Origin: Setoptus koraiensis
Lineage: Eukaryota; Animalia; Arthropoda
Direction of reading: 5' to 3'
Length of the DNA: 64,000 nt
Assembly (NCBI GenBank): GCA_048013815.1
Contig: CM106585.1
Coordinates: 4,092,001 to 4,156,000 of the forward strand
A program made the position numbers and the translations under genes. The notes beneath the pieces were generated by a model that ran no database searches, was not told the DNA's origin, and was given only the letters and a program-made list of their open reading frames with translations. Positions 43,371 to 54,632 of the stretch are shown here, one piece after another. Positions within the stretch are counted from its first letter, which is position 1; every line of letters begins with the position of its first letter.

Positions 43371-46300
43371 CGGTCCAACTCGCCCGGTCCAACGGGCCAA
43401 CAAATGAGCCGGCCCACTCTGGATAATACTCTGAATAAATGGCGATCGGGGCCCATGTTGTTGCTGTTGTCGCTGTTGTTGGCGCTGGCGCTGTTGTTGT
43501 TGCTGCTGCTGCTGTTGCCGCTGTTGGCCACTTAGCCAGTGGCCAATGATGAATAATGAATCTTGCACTCACAATCACACTTTCTTCGACATCCACATGC
43601 ACCGCTCACATCCATCTTTGGTCTATCGCTGGTCACCTTTCCATTGGTGGGGGCACCCGTCAGCTACTTAAGTGAGAGCTGTCTGAGCGCGACCTTGTTT
43701 GGTGGTTTGCCACTTGTCCATTTGTCTTTATCCGTTTGCTTATCGCTCGCCTGCCAATACGCAATGAGCGGCCATTCGCATTGGCCCGTGCCCGGTTACG
43801 CTCAGGTGACGCAGATAAAAAGATGGACAGGTGCCCGCTAATGCAACCGATGGCACCAGAAAGAAAAACAAAAAACGAACGCGCCGGCCGCAACGACAGC
43901 ACGACAACAACAGCGACAACACAAATGCAATTGCGAGATGCTAATGGCTCTGTCCAAATGTTGTGTCATAACCATTAATTGTGCACACGGGTGCGCGATG
44001 GCCGCGCGCCCGAACCGCTTGTGCATGAAACGGCCAGGCGACAAGCTCGCCCGTTCTTGTACCCGAACCGCATGATAGCGGCGCCACTGTGTACCCGGAG
44101 CCGCATAATAGCGGCGCCGCTGTGTAGCCCGCGCATCGCAGCGGCCAAACTCATCGTTCGGGTGTTTCATCATTTCTATTTTTATTCCGATGAGGGCTAA
44201 TTGAAATAACAGGCCAACCGTGCCCCGTTTTGGGCCCGCTTATTGCAAGTTGCTCAGCTCCGAAAGATCGAGTCTCGGCGTATTTTTAAAATACTATTTT
44301 AGCGGCTTTTGAATTTGCCCGCCCCCTGATAATGTATCAGTGTGCTGCGGAACTGTGTTTTTGAGGTCAGCAACATAAATGCACGGCGCTTCACTGATTC
44401 AGCGCAAAAGGGGCCCAGTTCGGGACACCGCCTGCAGAATAACTCACTTGAAAACATGCCAGCAGTGCAGTTGCTTATCTTGCCAGTCAGACACGCATTA
44501 TTGAAGCAAAAGGGAAATGGCAAAAAATTGAAACTCGAACCCGATTGGGCCCAAGGCCGGGCTTGCAGCCGGCGCTCGAGTTGCGCCGCATACCCGACAG
44601 GCCGGCCGAAGGGCTGGCCCGCTGTGAAACGGCACCGACTCGCACTGAGACACATCGCACACGGGCCACACCGGGCCGGCCATCACGGCTGCAGCGACGA
44701 GCTGGCCGATAAGACTCGACTCTTATGGGCCCGCTCGCCGGGGCCCACAAGACTTATTACGAAACAAAAGGCGCGCCTGTCGGCCGACTCTCGTTGGCCC
44801 CTCGATCGCTGGCGCATTCTTTTATCAGCGACAGAGGCCGAGCGAGCAACCATTGTGTGGCCAATTTTAAAATTGGGCGCTTGCGTGGGAGGTTTCTCTA
44901 AGCGAATTCTCGACGTCGTCTCGGCCCGTCGCTAAAATAGGTGCCAGTCAAACGGGCCGCGCTTTATGCAATCGCGCTCTTTGCTCCACGGGCCCGCTCA
45001 TGCGACTTGTCGGGCTTGCCGTGCAGCCGTGTGCCACTCGGGCCGGCCGGCCGCCCGGCCGGCAGCGTCTTCGCCAGCCCGATAGTGCACTGTATCTATC
45101 TGTATGAACCGGGCGGCCCCCTTGTTATCTGGCGCCCATCACGCGCTGTTTGCGCGTCTTGCCGGAGCCAGTGGGGCCCCGATGTGGGCCCCAATAAAAC
45201 CGATGCCTGCCATTAGCATTCAGTGTGTGCACGCTCAGCATGTCATGTTGTTTGCCGTTAAGCAAACAGCAGATTATTCAATCGGCGTGAGTGTGTGTGT
45301 TTGCACTTGCGAGAAAATCTCTCTCTGTCTGTGTTGCTTTCTCGGGCCAATTGTGTCATGTCCGCTGGCTCGTGCAAACACGCAAACACCCTACTGGCCG
45401 GCACTGGCGCGGCTTGCCGGGGATACAGCGGTGCCGCCGCTACCCGATATCGCACCGTTTCGGGCGCCAGTTGCGACTTGTCAGTAATTATGAAATCAAA
45501 ACGATATGTGTGGTGTTGCTGGCGGTTTACTTACGCACCATTACAAGCGGTTGAGTGCGTGTACATGGTCGAGTGGTCGGCAGGCCAGTTGGGATTAGTT
45601 AGCCGCTGGTTGGGGCCAGCGGCGCCCCTCTGGCCGGGCCCGGGCCCGACCTAACTGGGCCCGACCGGCCGACGCAGAGCGGCGCTCGAGCTGGGAGCCA
45701 TCATCGTGCCGTTATCGCCGGCATAACGGTCATCATAACGCGCGGGCCCAGTCGGGCGCCCTTGGCCGTTTGTGGGCACGCGCTCGCTCGCTCGCCCGCC
45801 ATTGTTACGCGGCGACGTTAGCTGGCTTCGCGACGCGGCCGGCCGCCAACGACAGCTCGGCTGTCGCACTATTTAGCGCGAGCTATTTGCGAGCCGGGGG
45901 GCCTTGAGTTTTGCAGTTCAAGCGGCCGTTATGTTATAATAAAATGTACATTTAAAAACTAACAATGTTTCCCTAACGCGCGCGCACACTGCGACACTGT
46001 CGGCGACTCGCTCGCGGCCCCCGCCCCCGCTCTCCCAACTTGCCAGCGCGCGGGCTCATAATGGAGGCCCGCGCGCTGGCAAGGCCGCAGTTAATAGAAA
46101 CAATAATCTGCGACGCAGCGACAGCAAAGCACTATCGAAGGTAATAACGGTTGCAATTTGTTTAAGTATTATTACTTAACTCCAAATGAGCGGCGCGCTG
46201 CAAGCTGTACACACATTATACGACCAATTGAGTGGGGCGCCGTCGCTCGTCTGCGGGCCGTTGCGGCGCCACAACTTGCGCGTGGCGATTGGCGGGCCGC

Positions 46301-47555
46301 ACACGAGCGCGAATGGGGAGCGGCGGCAAGTGTTGCCAGTTGGAGTGTGCCGAGTTGTATCGAGCGCTCGGAGCGAGCCAGGGGCCCCAAAGTGGCAAGG
46401 GTAAGACGCCATCTCTTAGCGGGCGCGAGCGGCGCATAGCGGCCGAAACGAAATCACATATAGGACAGTGAGTGTTGAGCGCGTCGTCATATCGTTCGCT
46501 GGCGAGACACGTTATAAATCCATGGTCAACAGCGGCCGCAACAACGGCGACACCGACGCCGCCGACAAGAATCGAAAGCAGCCAGCAACGAAACGTGAAC
46601 AGTTATGTTATCTGGGCCGCGGATCTCAATGGCCCGAGCGCGCACAATTGGCCGCCCGACAGCGACGCTCGAGCACGGCGAGCGGGCGAGCGGTAGACGC
46701 AGAGCGGGCGACCGGGCTCCCCCTGTCGCGGAGCGCGCAGGCAGAGCGGCGAGGGAGAGCGACGGGCGGAGCGGACAAACGAGCTGCGGAGAGCGATGCA
46801 AAAGAGGAATAAGAATGAGGAGCCATTCAGCGCAACAACAACAATAGATAGGACACTTGTGTGCGGGGCGACAATAATGATCAGGATCCGCCGACGGGCG
46901 CCCCCGCCAAGACACCGACGCCAGGGGACGCGGCAAGCGCACACGCGCTGTATAGCGGGCGTATATTGGCACGGGCTGGATTGCTTACGCACGCTCGCAC
47001 ACGTAGCGCCGGCACGTAAGCAATCCGTAGCGCCGGCAATAAATTCAATTTAGCTTCACCGAGACCCAAATTCACTTGCTCGCTATATAATGCGTATATG
47101 CGCTGTGCGCACCGTGTCACTACGGGGGCCGGGGCGCGGACGGCTGGCACGTGAAATTGACGTGCTCCGTTGGCCGCCGCTGCCGGCTCAATTGGTCCCA
47201 TGATGCGGCCCCGCACCGCTGCGGATTGACGGCCGTTGCAGGGCGCCGCGTTAGCAATTGTGGCCAATCGGTCAGTCGTGGGTGTGTGTGTGTGTGCGGT
47301 TAGTTAACGGCAAACAACAATTTATGTCCCAATGATTTATAAATGGCTGGTATGGGCACGTTCGCGCCCCCGATCCGCTGGCGCGACACCCACGCATTCG
47401 GTGTATTTATTTGCAGTGATGAATACGGCCAGCGCGTGGCCAAAAAATGCCATCGTCAAACAATCACGCCATCAGTGTATCAGTGCCGCGGCCGGCGTAA
47501 AGCGGCCCGTATCGGCGTCGCCGTAACTGTCCTTGCTGGCGAGTCGCCCGTGACG

Positions 47556-47603
47556 ATCGCAGTCGACAAATGGCCAGCAATCGCAGTCGACAAATGGCCA
47601 GCA
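47556..47603 (+). repeat. Perfect 24-bp tandem duplication (atcgcagtcgacaaatggccagca) x2
   Basis: Directly visible. Confidence 0.9.
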
Positions 47604-50600
47604 AGCGCGCATGCAAATGCGCCTGCACCGATGGCCAAATAATTTGAATATATGCGAACGCGGCCAAAAGTGGATCGCAATCAAGCCGGCGATGCCCGCG
47701 AGAGCCCCGTTTGTGCGCTGTTTCGGGCGCTGTTTTGTGCGCTGTTTTGTGCCGATTCTTCGGCCAAACCCAATCATCCTCTCTGATCGAAATTCGCCTT
47801 GATGATCCATTGTGATCATTGGCGAAGCGCACAGTTTCGACAGCCAACTGAGCGATGAAAATATAAATGCGCCCCCTTCATGCGATGCGATTACCGTGGG
47901 GGCGTTGTCTGCAAGTCGAGATTTCGCACTTCGAGATTAAGCGCTGTCGAGATTTTGCACTAACGTCGTTCCATGCGCCGAAATGGGGCACTGGCGAGAT
48001 TTTGTGCATTGTCGACATTGCGAGCCGGAGCCGGCGACGGCGCTTTTTACACTGTGGCGCGCCTAATCTGTGATTGTCAGACGCTTGTTTATACACACAT
48101 TTCGGCGGGCTTCGCTCACTCAACTCAGCCAGGCCGCTGGTGTGTGCGCCAAGCCGAAACGGCGGGCCCCAGAAACGGTTTGGCGCGGGCATAATGCAAA
48201 ACAGCATAATGCACAAACAATGCGCAACAATAACTCTCGACTGCAACAGACTGGCCAAGCAGAAACTAATGACATCATCATTTCGCCAATTTGGCTAGTT
48301 AGCTGCAGTGTCTGTGTGTACTGCTGGTGTGCTTTGTGTGGCTCATACTTTGTGGGGCTGGTGTCGCGGGCCGCCGGCTGGCCGGCAAGCGCGTGCCGGG
48401 CCGGCCCGGCCCAGACGGGCGCGTTGCGAGCAGAATACAAAATACAACAACAAACCCAAGCTGCGTGTCACGGCAATCAGAGCTGGCGCAAACGTTGCCA
48501 CGGGTCTCGCGGCGCGCCAGCAGCCACTTGATTTTGGCCGGGCGACACGCGCCGGCCCAAACGGGCTCGCTCGGGGGAGTGTGTGAATCTCATTACTTTA
48601 TTGTTATGATGTCGACTTGCGTCGACTTGTCACCGTCACCGGAATAGCCGCAGCTCGGGCCGGCCATCTTTTGGCGGCCAGTGGCCAGCTCGCTGTCAGC
48701 GGACAGACAGTGTGTCGCAGCGCTCGCCAGCGATTGTTCGAGCGAGCGCTACTCCAACGTGATAGAATCGAGCGACAAGTTGCTGTCGGCGGGCCGCCGA
48801 CTCGCGCAACGGGCACCGGCCCATTGTGCGCCGCTAATAGTGGCCGGCGATCCGCTGGCGCCACCGATTCGGACTGTGGGCCCGTGGAGGGGGCCCCAAT
48901 CGTTAGTGCGGAATCGTCAGCACGCTTTTTGTTGCGGCTGCTGTCGTTGTGTGTGTGTCTTTGTCATTTCCTTTTGTCTTTCCATCGCCTGTGCGCGCCT
49001 TTGTCCCCGCCATCGCTTTTGTCTTTTTTGCCACGAGCTGGCACGCGCTGCCGCGAGCCGCCGCGAGCCGCCGCGAGCCGCTGGAGCCGCACCATTATAA
49101 CGGCCGCACCATGCATCACCGTGCACCATAGAGCGCGCCACGGATCATGGAGCGGCGCGGACCATGGCGGAGCGGCCGCCAGAGATCAGCGACACAACAA
49201 TGCGACATTGCGCACCGCTGGGCCCGCCCGAACACCCGAACGGCGTGCCCAGCGCGCCAAAGCGAGCCGACTCGCCAGCAAATGGGCCACTGGCTGCTTC
49301 GGCGGGCCCCATTGTCGGCCTCATTACTTACACTTGCTTCGGTGGCCACTGATAACAGTCGGTCGGGCTGGCTGGCTGGCGCGGTTGGCGAGGCTGGCGC
49401 GCGATGGGGCCCCACAGCTGATCGCGGCCCACTGCGTTATGGGATCGGCCGCTGGTGGCGCTAATGCGAGTGAGATGCAAGCGGTCGGCTCGTTGGCAGC
49501 CGCCAGCGCCGACCGTTGGCCAACGGTGCTGCGTATTGAGCTCATTGAGCCGTATTCCGGCAATGACATAAGCAGCAGCGGCGGCGGCTGTAACCAGCCA
49601 CGGGCGGCTTTGGGCGGCCGCTGGCAGCTAGCGACAACGCGCGCCGAGCCCCGCGAATGACCCAACAATGAATAAATGAATGAATGATCAAACAAGATAA
49701 ATGATTGATTGGCCGCTGCCAGCGCAAGATCACATAACATAACCAACAAAATATTACAACTGCCACTACATGACGGCGCCGGCAATCGCGCCGGCCTCGC
49801 TACTTTGGGCGCCATATATACGCGCTGTGGGCCACATAGATGGGCTGTGGGCCCCATATATGGGCTATATGGGCCCATTGTCTATGTGCGCCCCCGTGTA
49901 GCACACAGCGGACAAGACACTGGCGGCAGCAAAGTATAGTTATGTGTTATGTAGATGGCGGTGCGGCGCGTCTTCCGCTCTAGCTGGGGCCCCGTGGCCC
50001 GTTCGCTTCTCTGGCTTTGCGCTTCTTCGCCTGTTCGCTTCTTTGACTGGGGCCCCTTCGCTTGTGCGCTTGTTCGCGACGCAACTGCAACTCGGCGGCT
50101 TCAATTTCACTCTGACACTGTGTTCGCGCTCTATTGGCGCCATTACGGCGCCGGTTTACGTGTTGGCTGGCTGGCTCGCCCGGCCCCATTGTGGCTCGTT
50201 GTGGCTCGTTGGCGAGCTATCGCTATTTGGCTGGCGCTGCTTATTACGATGCGCGCCAGCCGTCGTCGCAAATGAACTCGGCACACACACACACATTCGA
50301 TTGGGGCCCCATTCTTATGCAATCTATTCTTAACGCAATCTATTCCTCTCACTCACTGGTTAGAGGCTCGCTGGTCGCCAGGCTCTAACCGGCGCTCTGT
50401 TTGCCAGTCGGCCGCCAGCCAGCCGTACGTGGGCCCGGCCTAGCCAACCAGCCAGCCAGTCAGCCTAAAACAGACGAGCGACCGTGATGATGATGGTGAT
50501 GATGACGACGGCCATGACGATGAAAACCACATTAGCTAATGGTAAACAGATAGACAGCTTACCCGAGTGTGTGCGTGTGTGTGTGTGCAGTCATTTTTGT

Positions 50601-51004
50601 TGTTTGCCCGTGTGAAAGTACCTGATACGGTTGTTTACCTTGTTAGGATTGGCTGCTCGTGGCTGCTCGTGGTCGTGAGTTGGCCTTTTTTGCGCGCCAC
50701 TTCTGGCCACTCTCACTTCTGCGGGCGATTCTTGCGCCGCGGCTCGCTTGCCAGCGCGTTTTGTTTATATCCAAAGAATGCCCAAAGTTGGGCCAGCTCA
50801 CTCTGGATATTCCTTGGATATTCTTGCGGGCCCCAGCGGCCCAATATCCAAATATTGGACATTGGGCCCATTGGCTGCAAATATGAGCCGCACAGACATT
50901 GCGCCGCCAGTGTTATTGGCTGCGGTGTGCGGTTGCGTCTTGCTGCTGCCATTCAGCGCGCCACGATCGAATGGGGCCCCAACGAAGCGGCGCCCCGTTC
51001 GAGT

Positions 51005-51049
51005 GGCCAACGAGCGGCCAACGAGCGGCCAACGAGCGGCCAACGAGCG
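51005..51049 (+). repeat. 11-bp minisatellite (ggccaacgagc) x4
   Basis: Directly visible. Confidence 0.9.
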
Positions 51050-51280
51050 ACAGTGCAATCGGAGCCATTTGCGCACACGGACCCCATGTTTGTGCCAATG
51101 TTACACTGGCAACAACAACCACTGTATATCTGTTGTATTTTATAATATTATTCTCGCTCTACGATTGAATTGGCGGGCTTGATGTATTCAGGTGGACATT
51201 ATTTAAGCATTATTGGGCTCCGTGGGCCACTGTGTGCGTGCGTGTTCGGCCTGCACGAATGGGGCCCCAGCGCGCACAGT

Positions 51281-51386
51281 GCTGGCGTGTATCGGCGTGT
51301 ATCGGCGTGTATCGGCGCGTATTGGCGCGTATTGGCGCGTATTGGCGCGTGTTGGCGCGTGTTGGCGCGTATTGGCGCGTATTGGG
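51281..51386 (+). repeat. 10-bp minisatellite (attggcgcgt and variants), about 10 units
   Basis: atcggcgtgt x2, atcggcgcgt, attggcgcgt x3, gttggcgcgt x2, attggcgcgt. Confidence 0.92.
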
Positions 51387-54300
51387 GTGGCGCGGCTTGG
51401 CGCATACACGCCAATATAACACAATAAATTGTGTGCCGTTGGTCGCTCGCCACTTGTCATGTGCCTGGCCCCGTGTCGATTGGTGAGCGAGCGAGCGAGC
51501 TAGCGAGAGAGCGAGCGCCCAACAAATTCACTTGAGCTCGTGCCGTTCCCTTTTGGCCCCTTTGGCCGGGGCGCGCACACCGTTGCCTGCATAGGCACAC
51601 TGGCCAGGCTGGCACGTTTGCACGTACGCTTGCACGTACGCTGGCAAGTTTGCCAACGACAAAGCTCAGACAAACACATCATTATATAATATATTTGATC
51701 ATCGCACACAAAGATCGCTTTCGCGCAAGCAAACAGCCAGCCTCGCGCCTAGACCAAGATGCCGTTGGCCGGCGCGCAACGACCCTATGCGCCCGCAACT
51801 GGGTACACAAGTCGCCACATAACGCCGCCGCTACACAATGGCGCGCCTTACGGGCCAACGGCGACCAGTGGCCACCATTGGCGCCCGTGGATGGCCGACG
51901 GCACGAATGCAAATTCTTTGTCCACTGGCCCGTCTATTGAGTTTGCGTTTCTTGTCGCGGCGGCCTCTTCACTGTCACTGTTCATCAGCGCCCATCAGCT
52001 GTGTGGGCCCCAGTGTACCCAGAGCCAGAGTGCATACGGTGTGTGAGCGGTGGTGCAAGCAAGAAATGGCTGGCTGCAGTTCAATTATGGCCACTTTCGA
52101 TATCGGCCCAAACTGGCGGCCCCGGCGTGCATCGGCGCGTCTATTACCTGGCCGAGCGAGCTGCGCCAAGCCGCTGGCCCATCGGCCCATCGGCCCGTTG
52201 GCCCGTTGGCCCGTTGGCCGGCATCCGCTCGCCCGTGCTGGCATAGGTGTCCGGCAAACAGGTCGCCGCAGCGCTGCCCGAGCATAATAGGGGCAGCGCC
52301 CGTGCCCATTATTGCCACTTACGCGCCGTATCTATGGCGCGCGTGCCGGCGCCGGCCCGTGTATTATATGGCCAGTGTTCGGTGTACACTTAGATGGATC
52401 GATCGATTACTGCCAGGCCGTATTATGTAATAATAACGTCACAGTCAATCGGATACACAATCGGGCCGCCAGTGGGCCTGGTGGCCGGCAATTTGGCCGG
52501 TGCGGCCGGTGCGCTGTTATGATGATTAGATGGCCATCAAAGAGAGCAATCGAATTTTGTTTGCCGCGAACAAACACGGACGACGACGACGACGAGCAAC
52601 GAACAATTCCTTTGATTGACTCTCGCCATTGTTGTTTGCCATCGGTGCGTGCCAGCATCTTAGCATTTACACCGGCGCCACAACCGCCATATATTTTGTT
52701 AGTGTTACAATGTGTGTATACATGTTATAAAAGTTTAATTTCTGCCGGCTGGCCGGCTGGCGAGCTGGCGCTCCAACGGACAGCCAACGCAGTTGATATA
52801 CGCAGACATATTGGCTCGATATATTTGCCAGGCCGGCCCGATACATTGGGCTGGCGAGCGATATATTGGCTATGCTAAAGCGAGCGATATATTGCCAACA
52901 ATTGGCTTCTTCTGGCGCAAAGTGCTGCATTCTCGCCTCGGCAAGCAACTTGCGAGCCCGCCAAGCAACTGGGGCCAATTCGCAAGCACGGCAAACAAGG
53001 CCGGATAATGCAGAATGGCAGATAATGAAAGCAATGCACAAAATGGAGAGCGCAAACTGATAAGTCAGGGCGCCTCCCCGGCCGCCTGCAATTGATATAC
53101 ACACAACAAACAATATTAACAACAACAACAAGCATGTTAACCATTATTGAGGACCGTTGCCCCGTTTAGCTGCTAGCTGCCAATAATCAGATAAAAAGCA
53201 GATATAAACAAACAAACATTCACAGCGCTGCAACTGACACCGCCGCCACGCCAACACATTAAACACAGCCCACACAGTGCGGCACGCTTGCCAACAATCT
53301 TGGCGGGCCCCAAGATGATGCAGTGGCTCGAACGCGGTGCCAACGGCCAACCTGTTCTTCGTGGCTGTTTTTTCCTGTTTCAACTGGCCCCAAAAAGTAA
53401 ACACGCCACTCGGCCAACTGTGTTTGTGCGTGTGTTTCCTGTTGGTATCGCGGCGGAATCGTTTGCAGCATCGCCGGGCCGTGTTTGCATCCACTCGTCG
53501 TCTAACTGTCCTTGCGCAACACGCACCGGAGACAACGCCAACTCGAGTTTCTACCACGGGTAATATCACAATATTATTAAATAATCGTTATTCGCGTAAC
53601 CTAGATTTTGTTTCTTCTGTTTGCTTGTTTGTTTGTATGTTATACTCTGTGTATCTTGCACCAACTCGGGCCCCACTATCGAGCGAGCGAGCAAGCTCAG
53701 TTGGCATGATTATTCGGCGAACTGTCGCTCCCCTCTCCCGCCATAATCGGCCATAATAGCACTGCAAGAATAAGAAGAAATAAAGGAGAGCAAAAATATG
53801 GTCTCTTTGACATGTTAAATGACGCAACCAACAGAGTGATTTCGTCTCTCTATAGGCTACATAAATCACTCGCTCATTACACCCCTGGCTGGCTCTCTCT
53901 CGCTCGCTAAGCCGCCCTGCTGCTGGCTTGTCGTGCCAACTAAAACAATTCACACATTTCGTAAACTTTGCTGAAATATTGATCATTCAAGTTTTTTAAC
54001 AACCACTCTACGATGAATTTGCCGCTAGCTCGATGCTAACTCACAAGACATGAACACACACACACAATACTTTTATAAGGTGCGATGCAATTTTATTATT
54101 TGCGCTTGATTGATGAGTTGATCGTGGTAAGTGATGTCGCTCACTAATCCCAACCACCCATCCAAATAAACTTAAAACGCGAATCTATTATACTACCCAA
54201 GACCATTTCTCAAGTGTACACCCATCCAGCGCCCCTTGTCCCAATTATGGCGCCCGTGCTGCCGCTACTCCACAAATATTTTGTTGCGCAACTAGCCTAT

Positions 54301-54632
54301 TCACAAAACAAACTGGAGCCATATCTCTCATGGGCATCTTGCTTGCCATTATCAAGTAATTATTATCAAATATTGATACTTGAGAAGTCGCTTGGCGAAC
54401 GCACACAAGTCAGCCTAACAGCAGCATCCGGAGAGTAGACGAAACTACCAGAAACAACGGGCTATCACAAAAACAAGCCAGTTAGAACGCAAAAAAGCCC
54501 ACCCAAAAAATAAAAAACAGCCAAGCGGCACTTTAAGTGCATATAGCTCGATTTTATTTTTTTTATTATAGTGTAATGTTTTGCGAGATAAATATAAAAA
54601 TATTGTATAAAGCTTGGCTGAATTGGGCCGCA

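Noticed and set aside
43615-43637. miR-9-like TCTTTGGTCTATCGCTGG
   Set aside because: The seed matches, but there is no complementary 3p arm or hairpin.
34476-51386. CRISPR-like arrays
   Set aside because: These are head-to-tail tandem repeats without unique spacers, in a eukaryotic context with no cas genes.
27927-54438. Hundreds of 60-350 aa ORFs in the ORF track
   Set aside because: They overlap in all six frames, are Arg/Ala/Pro/Cys-rich or homopolymeric from microsatellites, and show no recognisable domain. This is expected for stop-poor GC-rich DNA.
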